Below, in pieces: positions 45,995 to 59,223 of a stretch of 64,000 bases of DNA. The position numbers and the translations under genes were made by a program. How positions within the stretch are numbered: the stretch's first letter is position 1; the number at the start of each line of letters is the position of its first letter. Source of the stretch: Octopus sinensis (taxonomy: Eukaryota); contig NC_043012.1 of the NCBI RefSeq assembly GCF_006345805.1, positions 21,576,001 through 21,640,000 of the forward strand, given 5' to 3'. Below the pieces are notes generated by a model. The model saw only the letters and a list, made by a program, of their open reading frames with translations. It did not search any database and was not told the origin of the DNA.

Positions 45995-48900
45995 GAAGCG
46001 GTTAAAAGAATACTGGGACGAATTTCATCCCAACGTAAATACCTTCACGGTGAAACAGCTCCGACAACAAGCATCCTTTGTATAAAAAAAAAAAAGGAGG
46101 CCAACTAATCCTCGATCCTCCCAAAAACACTGAAAATGTGTCAAAATTTGCCAGATGCATCGTAAAAAATAATGTAAACAAACCACTGAACCCGCCATCG
46201 CTAAATTCGAGCGTGTCTCCAAATTTAGCTGACTCAGTAGCGAAGACCGAGGAATTCATCCAACTCAAAAACATTTTAAAATTCGCAAAAAATGTTGCTA
46301 ATTTCGCGAAGCTTTCGTTGAGCAACAGACTGTTCCCAAAACGAGTGAGAAAAAAATCCAACTGATCTAATGTTTAAAGTTATCAGCGATGTTGCTGGAG
46401 AGTACATGGAATCATGTGATGCTAATTAATGGAATACAAATACTCTTATACACACAGCTATCATTACTCTTAAAGAACACCTAGGAGAAATCTACGGTGA
46501 ACAAAGTAACGAAATTACTAAACGGAAACAACGAGGATGGAAAACAAAACTCGAAGAAGAAAACATCATCAACGTGCGCCGCTATATTGGATGGTTAACT
46601 ACAATAATAAAATGTAGGGAAAAAAATGAGTTTACACCTCACTAACTCTACTTTAGACAAAAATTAATGAAACTTTATGGCAACTCTTCAAACGGAGCTG
46701 TTGAGGGATAGCTAATCACTTTAAAACATGATCTCAGGACGATGAGCGAGGAACTCTGCTATCGCAAGCGAATTTTTGAGCGAGTCAGTATCAATCGCAA
46801 GTTTGCTTCCAACCCACAAGCATTATACAGAGAGATGAGGAAGGAAAAGATTACCATTAAGAAAGCTCCCTCCCAAGGAGATCTGCAATCATTCTGGTCA
46901 AAAAGTCGGAACGAAAAGAAGGATTCCAACCTGAATGCATGGTGCTTAAATACAATTGAGAGAGAATACTGTACTAACACTAACAGTAAAGCATACAAAA
47001 TTGATGCAGAAACCTTAGAATGGGAAGGCACCTTGATGGGACCTAATAGTTGGATATTGGTCCAAGAAGATGACAATTTAAAGAAACCAATTGATATGTA
47101 TGTTCAAAAGGATTATGGAAGGATTATAGATTGATATACTACATTGGCTTGCTACTACAAGGACAAATCTTGTTGCCAAAGAATGAAATCACTGAGATGG
47201 CAGGAAACTACAGGCCCATTGCTTGCCTAAACATCATGTACAAACTGTACACAAGTTTGCCAAAGCCAATTCCTCCAGGACCATTTTGAGTCGAATGACA
47301 TTGTGACTGATGAACAGGCTGGTGGAAAGAAGGAGGTGTGGAGATGTGCCGAACAATTTTAAATAAACAAAGCTGTACTGTCTGAAGTAAGAAAACAACG
47401 CAGAAACCTTGTGACAGTATGGCTTGACTATAAGAGGGCATTCGACTCTGTCCCTCATTCAAGAAACACTCTCTTCCTGATGATCTCCTATACAGCCCCA
47501 AAACAGCTGGGCTCTCTTACCTCTGAGAAGACCTGGGTAGAAAGCACTCAGCATACAAAAAACAAGCTATGCGTTTGCAGTCCATTAATTGCTGTTATAG
47601 AGAGACTCACAAAGACATAGACAACTATTCTTACCCTTACAACTGAGAACAGAATAATTGTTTCTCATAGTATAGGCATTACAAAGGGAATATTCAAGGG
47701 AGATAGCCTTTCTGTATTTCTTTTCATTTTGGCACTGAATCCATTATCGTTCCTACTGCAGAAGACAAATGGTTACATGCTAGGATCTTTAACTACCCTA
47801 AATATCAATGTAAGTCATACTTTCTTTGTAGATGACCTGAAGATTTATGCTAAAAGTGTTAACCATGCCAAAAACAACTGGAATTAATAACAACATTTTC
47901 AGCAGAAACAGGCATGGAATTTGGCCAAAAGAAATGTTCATATTTGGTTATAGAACGAGGAAAGTCACTCCCCCAAACCCCAAACCTGTAAATCAACGGT
48001 CTCTCTCTATCTCCTCCACTCCACACAAAAAATTTTATAGACGAAAATGTATCATATGAGGGCACTGTGAATAAAGATAGAGTGACCCGAGAATATTACA
48101 CCAGACTTAGGAAAATATGGCAGTCAGAATTTTCCTCTTACAACAAAACAATATCCTACAATGCATTTGCAGTACCAGTGTTGATCCCAACATTTGGGAT
48201 ACTTGATTGGTCTGTAGAGGAAATCCACTCCATAGATATCACAACCCGCAAAGGCCTGACAACAACTGGGAACTTCCACAGAAACAGTGATGTTGACAGG
48301 CTCTACCTTAGAAAAATGAAGGTGGTAGAAGCCTGAATTCAGTGCAGACGGCCTTCGAATGCCATATGGTATCACCCAGGCAGCACCTTCTAAACAACAG
48401 CAACAAAAATAAATATATTAATGCAGTCTTGAAAAGTGAACTGAATAACACTGTACGGGTTGGCAGTGGACTCCTCAAGAAACACTCTCTTCCTGATGAT
48501 CTCCTATACAGCCCCAAAACAGCTGGGCTCTCTTACCTCAGAGAAGACCTGGGTAGAAAGCACTCAGCATACAAAAAAAAAAAAAGAAAGAAAGACCATA
48601 AATGGGTATGTTGCCCGGAAGCTTGAAGAAGACAGGAGAATTGACACAAAGCGCAGCCTCTCTTGGACACAAGACCACTACATCACATCACACTTTGAAA
48701 GCTATGCGTTTGCAGTCCAGAAACAAGAGATTGCCATACAGTACCGGGTAAACAAGAGAGACAGTGACTCTCTTGTAATCCCAAGGTGCAACTGCATGTG
48801 TAGGCTATGTCATATTTCTGTGAAAGACATTACGCATGTGATTAACAGCTGTCCTAAAATGTCGTCACAGTACTACCTCTCTATGCAGAACGTTGTTGTT

Positions 48901-49476
48901 GCTAAAACAATTTACAATGCCATCCGCAAAAAAGACTGCCCCGAAATAAACTTAGAAAATCCCTCTGTTATGAAATACATATATAAACACCAACTCAAGG
49001 AGTACTGGTGAAATATTGCCATCAAAACTTCTGTCAAATGCAAGCATAACAGGCCGGATATTGTTGCTTGGAACAGAGGGGCAAGGGTATGTACCATCAT
49101 GGAGGTCAGCTGTCCTGCAGCTACAAATATCTCTTTGAAAATCAAAGCAAAAGAGGATATCTATGGACAACTGCTTCGAAACCGCCAACTTCTATATCCA
49201 GACTATGAATTCATTTTCATACCAATAACAATTGGAGTGCTAGGTTTTGTTAGTAAATGTTTAAAGGATAATCTGGATAATCTGATGTTTTCAGAAAGAT
49301 AAATCGACCGGTTGAATCGTACATTACAAGTGGAACAGTGAAAATATGCAAGACTTTTCTCAATTTCCAAATGTGAATTTGTCTGCGTTAATTACATCCT
49401 AAAGATGGAGCCTTGTATCTTTGTTGGAAACTGGCTCCCACCTCAGTTGAAGATTTATATATTTAAAATAGAAGAG
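45995..49476 (+). mobile_element. Near-full-length, decayed R4/Dong-clade non-LTR retrotransposon (RT + CCHC + restriction-like endonuclease)
   Basis: RT motifs NYRPIACLNIMYKLY, VWLDYKRAFDSVPH, GIFKGDSLS, FFVDDLKIYAK. CRLCH..KDITHVINSC zinc knuckle. HNRPDIV...IMEVSCP...K.KEDIY PD-(D/E)xK motif. ORF ends near 49376, with many stops and frameshifts. Flanked by (CATA)n. Confidence 0.88.
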
Positions 49477-49662
49477 ACATACATACATACATACATACAT
49501 ACATACATACATACATACATACATACATACATAGGTGCATACATACATACATACATACATATATACACAGTGAGAATTTACAAAAAAAACAAAAGACGAG
49601 TACGGGAATGTAATCAACAAACAAACAGATGAATTAGTTTAACGCTCGGGAAGTGAGAAAGT

Positions 49663-49698
49663 CTTTAACGTTTCGAGCCTACGCTTTTCGGCAGAAAG
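49663..49698 (-). ncRNA. Degenerate minimal hammerhead fold
   Basis: CUUU-CUGCCGA-A-AAGC(GUAG)GCUC-GAAAC-GUU-AAAG. A6 is replaced by C and the first stem II pair is broken. Confidence 0.45.
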
Positions 49699-49789
49699 AA
49701 ACACAGAAGGAAACAATGAGAGAAAGTAGAAAAGGGTTTAGTGGCTAACGATCTATCATGGCAAATGCCGCATGCATGCATGCGCGCAC

Positions 49790-50180
49790 GCACACACACG
49801 TATATAGATACAAACATACATACATACATACATACATACATACATACATACATACATACATACATACACACACAAATACATACATACATTCATACATACA
49901 CATGCAAACATACATACACATATACATACATACATTCATACATAAATACACACATACATATATACACATACATACATATATTCATACATACACGCAAATA
50001 CATACATGCATACATAAATACATAGATACATGTATACACACATACATACATACATTCATTAATACATACATGCATACATACATACATACATACATACATA
50101 CATACATACATACATACATACATACATGCATGCATGCATGCATACATACATACATACATACATACATACATACATACATA
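49790..50180. repeat. (CATA)n compound microsatellite (also 49477-49560)
   Basis: Direct reading. Confidence 0.97.
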
Positions 50181-50444
50181 AATGGTGGAAGTCGACTCTT
50201 GACCGAGTAAGACGCTTCCTAAACTCATTGAGTCCGTACAAACGTTCCAAGAGTCCAAGAATTTCCTGTGCATTGTTATGTTTCGAGTGGATAAAGTGTT
50301 GCACAGCACAGAACTCCGTTTCAGTGCAATCACTCCGAAAACCAGTGAGATAATAGATGTTGTGATGGCTAGAAACCATGAGTTTATCTTCTCCTTGAAA
50401 GAAGTTCCAAGAAGAACTTGGAGTGGTTAACCCCCCGGTGATTT

Positions 50445-50830
50445 GGGAAGCACTCCGTCGGTTACGACGACGAGGGTTCCGGTTGATCCGAATCAACGGA
50501 ACAGCCTGCTCGTGAAATTAACGTGTAAGTGGCTGAGCACTCCACAGACACGTGTACCCTTAACGTAGTTTTCGGGGATATTCAGCGTGACACAGAGAGT
50601 GACAAGGCTGGCCCTTTGAAATACAGGTACAACAGAAACAGGAAGAAAGAGTGAGAGAGAGCTGTGGTGAAAGAGTACAGCAGGGATCACCACCATCCCC
50701 TGCCGGAGCCTCGTGGAGCTTTAGGTGTTTTCGCTCAATAAACACTCACAACGCCCGGTCTGGGAATCGAAACCGCGATCCTATGACCGCGAGTCCGCTG
50801 CCCTAACCACTGGGCCATTGCGCCTCCACT
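50445..50830 (-). mobile_element. SINE family C
   Basis: 12-bp TSD CCCCGGTGATTT (50433-50444 / 50831-50842). Confidence 0.92.
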
Positions 50831-51594
50831 CCCCGGTGATTTACGTGCTATGTAACCCAACAGGTGCTGCTACACCGGGTCAGGGAAATCCCAGGAACAA
50901 TTGTGTCCAGATGGGGATTCAACACTCATCGACCCCTTGAAACAGTTATACCAGAGCCCCACTACCGGATGCAGTTTTAAAGTCAAACCCAGGACAGACA
51001 GACAGACAAGCAGACAGACAGACAGAAAAGATAGAATTCGAAATAGAATTATTAATGTTTCAATCGTTCTTCGTCGAATGTTGCTTATACATCAATATAT
51101 AACAGCTTATCGACTTTTTATTTATATCTTATATCCTGTTGGTAGTCATATGCTGACCGTTCATATAGAATGTATATAGAGGTGCAGGAGTGGCTGTGTG
51201 GTAAGTAGCTTGCTAACCAACCACATGGTTCCGGGTTCAGTCGCACTGCGTGGCATCTTGGGCAAGTGTCTTCTGCTATAGCCTCGGGCCCACCAAAGCC
51301 TTGTGAGTGGATTTGGTAGACGGAAACTATATATATATATATATATAAGTTTAACAATTAAGGATAATCTCTTAATAAGGGATCTTAACAAGAAATTATC
51401 GGGTAGCTAGCGTGAAAACCTCATAAAAGAAAAGAATTCGAAAATAATTTTTTTCTTTTGAACAAATTAATTATATCTATATTTTATAGAGGGCATTATT
51501 ACACATAAATGCCTCACACTAGGAGGGACAAAGTCATTACTACCAAAATTATACTAATTAGTGTGAGGCATTTATGTGTAATAATGCCCTCTAT

Positions 51595-51632
<38 letters not shown>

Positions 51633-52554
51633 CATATATGTATGTGTGTGTATATGTTTGTGTGTATGTGTTTTATCCCTCTAGCATTGCTTGACAACCA
51701 ATTTGCTCGACTAAGGCGGTGCTCCAGCACGGCCGCAGTCAAATGACTGAAACAAGTAAAAGAGTAAAAGAGTATGCAAATAGAAATGGATAAATTTAAA
51801 AAGCTGTTCAGTTGAAAATAGATAAATGGGGGACAAGAGAGGACACTGGCAGACGTTTGTTTGCATAATGGCTGGTAAGATCGTTTCACGAAGTGATGTG
51901 GTTCATCAGCTATTCTCTGGCTGTCTCAACACATTCTAAACAGAAGTCAGACGAATATGGAGACATGCGTCAGCGGTGTTCAAAACAAATAATCGAAAAT
52001 CGGAATGGCTGTGTGGTAAGTAGCTTGTTTACCACACGCATATATATATGTATACATATATACGACGGGCTTCTTTCAGTTTCCGTCTACCAAATCCACT
52101 CACAAGGCTTTGGTCGGCCCGAGGCTATAGTAGAAGACACTTGCCCAAGGTGCCACGCAGTGGGACTGAACCCGGAACCATGTGGTTGGTAAACAAGCTA
52201 CTTACCACACAGCCACTCCTGCGCCTATGTAATAGACGTGATCGACTATCCAGCCCACCTCCACCCCACCTCCACCCCACCCAAAATTGCTGGTTTCGTG
52301 CCAAAATTTAAAACAAATAGTTATTTCGGCATCGTCTTTGTCGAGCGACTGATTTTGTCTAAGATTTATGATGTAACAAATGCAACTTTATCGTGGAAAA
52401 GCCATTTCTAAAATATTTAAATTCATTTTTCACTTATTTCTGAATGCGTCGAAATTTTCGTCTCATTGCTGCAGAACCTGTGAGAATAAGTACAACGATA
52501 GTGGCATCCCAAAATGGTTTCAAAGTCTAGCATAAGTCCAGTAATTTAGGCCTA

Positions 52555-52800
52555 ACTCATCGTAAAGTCAATACCACCATGACCGATATCCAATATACAG
52601 TGGAGAAGGCTAGCCGCTGGATTTGGTTAAAAAGAGACGATGAGCGATGGCTAGAAGGATATTGAGCTTAACTTGATAACCAGCTGATCTAGCAAGCGGG
52701 GCCTCATATCAGTGAGGGGGGCCGGTGCGCATTGATGCCGTCGAGAGGTAGGCCCCGAAACGGCGCGCATTCTCTCCTGATGACGCCATACACTTGCTGG
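52555..52800 (+). mobile_element. HERO/NeSL-like (restriction-endonuclease) LINE 3' end
   Basis: TMTDIQYTVEKASRWIWLKRDDERWLEGY* resembles the ExASRWLWxKR C-terminal motif of HERO-type elements (from recall). A GC-rich 3' UTR follows. Confidence 0.55.
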
Positions 52801-53054
52801 CTTCCGGTATACGGAGCTTTTGACTGGTAGCACTTGCATGTGCAAGTTGTTTGCAAGACATTTAGGAGGAAAAGGTCAGTCGATTACATTGACCCCATTA
52901 TTCATCTGGTACTTATTTACATCAACGTTGTCTTAATATTTAAGTATGGATGCTTTAGAGACAGTCAGACGATATTTTGTTTCAGTATTCTGCACCAAAA
53001 TGCCTTTCGTTTCTTTTCTGTTGTACTTTACATATCTTGTAGGACCAGAAAATC

Positions 53055-53490
53055 AATCCATCCTTCTTCTCCGCCCACTATTCCGGGGGTGGGGGGGGGG
53101 GGCGTCGTGGGAGCAGAGTCCTCAGGTACCTCTTCCATAGGGTCCCCATCAGAAGCGTCAGTCATTACACCTTTCCGGCTGGATTGCTAAGCCTGACTAA
53201 CGGAGACCATAGATATTATCCAACCCTTTCGTCCTTGGTTTACACCGAAACCACTTTTCAGTTGGCTCGGCTTGAAGAATCCGTCGAACGAGTCTTTCCG
53301 GCAACATTCTAATTACATGTCCGTCATATCGGAATTGTGATCTTTCAATGCGGAGAAGTAGCGGCTCGACCTGGAGAAACTCCCTGATCTCCGAGCTACG
53401 TACTCTGTCGAGTAATGTTACTCTAGAGATCCTTCGGAGAAACCCCATTTTGGGCGCTTGTATTTAGGATCTCATTCTTTCGATCATCAC
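53055..53490 (-). mobile_element. RTE-clade LINE 3' fragment (second family)
   Basis: MGFLRRISRVTLLDRVRSSEIREFLQVEPLLLRIERSQFRYDGHVIRM...KPRTKGLD, a typical RTE/Expander C-terminus. Confidence 0.85.
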
Positions 53491-53984
53491 ACTTAAATAA
53501 TTTCCTCACTAGATAATGGAAAGCCAAAACTACATTTCGACCAGTAATATTTCCAGATTATTCACATACAATAAAAACTGAAATTTTTAATGAGAATTTG
53601 AGCAATTAAGAGATGCACCTATTGCATTAACTTACCTCCCCCTCTGTTCTGAATACCCAGAAAAATTGCTTTCAGTCTCAACCCTCCACTAGTGGGGTGA
53701 TCTTGTCAACTTTGAGAAGCCCTGGTGTAGAGGCCTTTTCATGAACTGATTGAGAAGTCTATTAATTTGCTGTACTGAATTGAAATTTCCCCGTGCGAGA
53801 AACTACTGAGATAAACGTTGCCGGGTTAAGATAGAAAAGTAACTGTCTTATGATTATTTAATGACTTGAAACGAGAAAAAGTTCCCGCAAACTAGTACGA
53901 AGACACTGTTGAGTAATGGTTGAGGGATATGAATAAGATAAAGGCAAAGCAGTAAGGGCAATCACATATTTAATATATATATTT

Positions 53985-54202
53985 CTTTACTACCCACAAG
54001 GGGCTAAACACAGACGGACAAATAAGGACAGACAAACGGATTAAGTCGATTACAACGACTCCAGTGAACTGGTACTTAATTTATCGACCCCGAAAGGATG
54101 AAAGGCAAAGTCGACCTCGGCGGAATTTGAACTCAGAACGTAACGGCAGACGAAATACGGCTACGCATTTCGCCCGGCGTGCTAACGGTTCTGCCAGCTC
54201 GC
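53985..54202 (-). mobile_element. SINE family A, single unit with long TSD
   Basis: Flanking duplication CACATATTTAATATATATATTT (53963-53984 / 54203-54224). Confidence 0.9.
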
Positions 54203-55792
54203 CACATATTTAATATATATATTTAGTTTGTGTTCCACGGTTACAAACTGCGTGCAACAAGCAACAGTCTTATCTAAAGTCCCGAAATAAAGTTTCACAG
54301 TGAAGTGCTTATCCAAACAAAACCGTGGTTGCGAGAGATTTAGTATTTCTGAGGTGTGAGTTTTTTCTTTTCCGTTTTCAACATTTGCAACAATATTTTC
54401 AAGGTCATAAATAGATAAAACAATAAAATAAAGTTTGAGTGAAATATACAAAATGTTCATAAAATACATATCTCTGTTAGAAAGCCAAATTCCTGGCAAA
54501 CTCACCAAAAATGTTACTTCATTCTTTAAAAAAAAAAAAAAAGAAAATCCAAGATGACTTTAAACATCACTCACAAGGTTTGGGTTTCCATCGAAATAAA
54601 GACCTTTTATGCCTATGTTTTTTGGCATCCTCCCATGATTCTCTGCTTCGAGTGAATTGCATTATCTCCTGCCTCCTGCGTTAATAGGAATCCTCATACG
54701 CCCAGGGAAACATTAGCGGTTTTAACAGCAAGTCTGAACACGAATCATGTGCTCAGATAGGACATGATAACGAGGCTATGATGCTGTTTTTGATAAGATC
54801 TCAACTTGACAGTTTGTTAAGGAATTGTAATCAACGGAGGCATGCCCGTGTATTAACCGTGTTGAGAAAGCACTCGGTTGGTTGCCTGAATCAGCATTCT
54901 GCCGTTTACTAACGTTTGTATTTTACGGGTAGCAATGAAATACAAATAAAAGTAGCATTGAAACTAAGCACTGATATTTGAGCCTCGAGTAAATGTCGAT
55001 CCGGAAAGACCGTTGGATGCTGACGATAACATAGAGACTCACTGTCACTTAAACGCCAGAAGGTTTTCTGTGACACTGACACTTGAAGGTCAACCGGATA
55101 GCGAAACGGGTATTTACTTCAACTAATATAACGTGTTTTGTACCCTGATAGCAAAATAAAGGACCGGATGGTATGACTTTGTGTCCTTGGAGTATGGGAC
55201 ATTGTTCATTCTGAAATGTCACTAAGGTGGCGAGCTGGCAGAAACGTTAACATGCCGGGCGAAATGCGTAGCCGTTACGTTCTGAGTTCAAATTCTGCCG
55301 AGGTCGACTTTGCCTTTCATCCTTTAGCGGTCGATAAATTAAGGACCAGTTACGCACTGAGGTCGATATAATCGACTTAATCCCTTTGTATGTACTTGTT
55401 TGTCCTCTCTGTGTTTAGCCCCTTGTGGGTAGTAAAGAAATATGTACTGCGTCTGTCTTTACGTTCTGAGTTCAAATTCCGCCGAGGTCGACTTTGCCTT
55501 TCATCCTTTCGGGGTCGATAAATTAAGTACCAGTTATGCACTGGAGTCGATGTAATCGACTTAATCCGTTTGTCTGTCCTTGTTTGTCCCCTCTGTGTTT
55601 AGCCCCTTGTGTGTAGTAAAGAAATAGGTACTTCGTCTGTCTTTACGTTCTGAGTTCAAATTCCGCCGAGGTCGACTTTGCCTTTCATCCTTTTACGGTC
55701 GATAAATCAAGTAGCAGTTGTGTACTGGGGTCGATATAATCGACTGGCCCCTTCCCCGCCAAATTTCAGGCCTTGTGCCTATAATAGAAAGA

Positions 55793-55864
<72 letters not shown>

Positions 55865-57173
55865 TTACAAGTTACTCGAATCTACGGCTCTCTTTAAGTC
55901 GAATTAGATCGTTGACGATGGAAGTGAATGGGTCCATCAATATTGAACTCTTGTCTCACCTAAGATGGTGGAGCATTTGACAGACTGAACTAATTCTAAG
56001 TGAAAATTCCAAGAATAATGGAAACTAAAATGAAGACGAAAGGTTTTTAATTCCTGGTTACGAATCTAGTTTGTGTCTCTCTTACATGTCAATGATGAAA
56101 ATAACGTATATTGCTATCGTTGTTATTTTACTCAAGGTTAACCCCCCCCCCCTGGCTGAGCCTTGACAACAAAGTCCTTTTCTGTACATGGGATTACATT
56201 GTGCAAAATGTCCTTCGTGTTTCTTTCAAATACTTTAGTGGGTTTTTTTTTAATGATGATTTGGATGTTATTTCTAGCAAGTTGAGTGGCCACGGAGAAG
56301 CCGCTTCGTTGGTGTGACAGCAAATAAGTGTTACAGTATGAGACAGTTCTCTGATGTTTGCCGTGAAAACATTCTAGAATGAACAGGGCAGCGCTAAATA
56401 AGCTTCAACTACTGATTTCCAATCCTTCGAATGATAGAGTTTGGAAAGGAACAGATTCCACCTGATTTACTTGCTCCCGATACTCAGCATAAAAGCAAAT
56501 TTTTCAATGGCATCACACCGACAACCCAATGTGTTTAAAGGACACGCCATCACTATAGAGTAGATTTATTCTCTTTTTGATCTCACTTATCTGGTTAATA
56601 CAATATTCCGGTGGCGTTTTATGGCATTATATAGAGAATCTGCAGTATATAAATGATAAAACAGTTGTTTAATGGCTATCGCCATAAAATATCATAGCCA
56701 AATCAGTCTTAAAACGCATCATATTCTTCTGGTAATTAGAGGATAAATTGAAAAAGCAGACGACAACTAAAATTATTCTAAAGTGCATATGGGAAACATA
56801 AAACGGGCAGTAATAACCACATACGTTTTAGTACCGCAGTACTTAACGTTTAATTTAAAGCTACAGCAAATCATGTTTTAAAAGTTCCAGTCAGACAAGC
56901 ATAGAACAAACTACTGAAATTATAGTATCATTAAACCAAAACCTAATTTAGTCAAAGTCGCTTTTATATCTGTCTAGGTGTAGCAGTAAGCAGGAAAAAA
57001 CTGTATGCCTGGATTCAGACACAAAATTCTCATGAAATATTTTCATTTTGAATGCCTTTTGATGAAAAGGATAACCAATAAAAGAAAAATATGCTGAGAT
57101 AAATTCTAATTATTTTTGTATTATTTTAGTTGAGTCATGTTTGTTATTTTCCAATAAGTATACACAGGCACCG

Positions 57174-57204
<31 letters not shown>

Positions 57205-57738
57205 TTCCCTTCTGTCATTATTTTTAGTTACTACTGTCTTTAGAGACTTCCATCACACTTCTATACCCTAGGTGGCGAGCTGGCAGAAACGTTAGCACGC
57301 CGGGCGAAATGCGTAGCCGTATTTCGTCTGCCGTTACGTTTTGGGTTCAAATTCCGCCGAGGTCGACTTTGCCTTTCATCCTTTCGGGGTCGATAAATTA
57401 AGTACCAGTTACGCACTGGGGTTGATGTAATCGACTTAATCCGTTTGTCTGTCCTTGTTTGTCCCCTCTACGTTTGGCCCCTTTCCTCTGGACCTCTAAC
57501 CAAAAATATACAAGCTGTAAAGCTGAGATTATAATTAGCATTTCGAAGCAATGTGCTGACAGATTCGTTGAGGTGTCAGCTTATGATGCGTTGAATTATC
57601 GTATTTACTCGTGTATAAGTCGCACTCCTGTTCAAGCCGTATCCCTAATTTAGGGTTTCATCTTGGTACCAGAAATTTTTTTTTCCTTTCATACTTTTAA
57701 TTTTGCCCTGTGCTTCACCCTAGCTTTTTCAGCTAAGA

Positions 57739-58123
57739 TCTCTCTCTATATAAACGGCAGTTTGTCTGTCTGCGTGTCTGTGTGTCTGTTAGGTTGTACC
57801 CTCACTCTGACCACGGCTTTCAACCGATTCTGATGAAACTTGACACACACATAGCCCAATGTCATAATTCAAAACTAACGCAGCGAAAATTTTGAAAAGT
57901 TCCCCCAGTTCTGAAAAAAATCGATAAATTCGACATGGGGTCGAGAATCAGAAACACAAACCACAGACTGTCATGGGGACGCAACTCGACCTTTTTAACT
58001 CTCAAAAAAAATTTACCATAATTTCTTTTTCCATTTTTTTGCTATTTTTTGGCTATAACTCTCTAAAAATGCTTTATAGTTATTTCCCTTACAAACCCGA
58101 GCAACACCGGTCGATACTGCTAG
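57739..58123 (+). mobile_element. Non-autonomous Helitron
   Basis: A|TC...CTAG|T boundaries (A57738, T58124), 5' TCTCTCTCTATATAAA, and a degenerate GC-rich subterminal hairpin CCCGAGCAACACCGG about 10 nt before CTAG. No TSD. Confidence 0.8.
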
Positions 58124-58382
58124 TTACGTATAAATTAATGCAAATAAATACTTCTATCCCTCCTCAAATTCAAATCCTACGAAAGTCGATTTTGCCTTTC
58201 ATCCGTCCGAGGTCGAGAAATCAAGTACAGTAACGTACTTAATTCGATTGAATAGAGTCACAGTTCTTTCACCATTCTGTTGCCTTATTTCTGCTGAAGT
58301 AAACCGCGTTTGTTTCGTTTAGTTTAGAAAATAAAGAATTTAGGGAAATAACTCTGTGTGTGTGTGTGTGTGTAGTGATAGA

Positions 58383-58447
<65 letters not shown>

Positions 58448-58838
58448 TACTATTATTTCCTTTTTTTTTTTGTAATTTGATGCTAAGTTTATTTCGGTTG
58501 CATCTGCTGTTTTGTGGTTGTCCCTTCTATTTCTGGATCGTAATTGGGTTGTGTTTTCTTTCCTCATGTTGACTTTGGGGGAAATGTTTCTAGAGACATC
58601 TATAATTATTTCCTCGTATGTATGTGCTGCAGTGTCAAGCTTGGTGTTATGGTGTTTAATGACTTCTAAACACTTTGATTTCTTTTGCAATAAACTCTTC
58701 AGGAAGTAAAACTTTTAGAAATATTTGTGGTTTCGTCACAAACAGAAATTCTTGAAATTTGGAATTTGTTTACTTTTTTTTTCTGATGGAAAGAAGAATT
58801 CATGGTTAGAGTTTTGGTGGAATGTGTATATCTTGAGT

Positions 58839-59223
58839 GTGGAGGTGCAATGGCCCAGTGGTTAGGGCAGCGGACTCGCGGTCATAGGATCGCGGTTTCG
58901 ATTCCCAGACCGGGCGTTGTATGTGTTTATTGAGCGAAAACACCTAAAAGGTCCACGAGGCTCCGGCAGGGGATGGTGGTGATCCCTGCTGTACTCTTTC
59001 ACCACATCTTTCTCTCACTCTTACTTCCTGTTTCTGTTCTACCTGTATTTCAAAGGGCCAGCCTTGTCACTCTCTGTGTCACGCTGAATATCCCTGAGAA
59101 CTACGTTAAGGGTACACGTGTCTGTGGAGTGCTCAGCCACTTACACGTTAATTTCACGAGCAGGCTGTTCCGTTGATTCGGATCAACCGGAACCCTCATC
59201 GTCGTAACCGACGGAGTGCTTCC
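58839..59223 (+). mobile_element. SINE family C
   Basis: 11-bp TSD ATATCTTGAGT (58828-58838 / 59224-59234). Confidence 0.92.

Noticed and set aside
50190-50430. Minus-strand open stretch (…NIYYLTGFRSDCTETEF…) resembling either a creatinase N-terminus or LINE RT motif 2
   Set aside because: Similarity is too short and ambiguous, and there is no consistent exon chain; most likely a decayed LINE fragment.
51865-51920. Minus-strand CUGAUGA...GAAAC hammerhead-like string
   Set aside because: Stem II is only 2 bp, stem III has a C-A mismatch and stem I is 3 bp; too weak to call.
52730-52800. GAAAC...CTGATGA in the HERO-like 3' UTR
   Set aside because: The order would need a type II fold, but neither stem I nor stem III can form.
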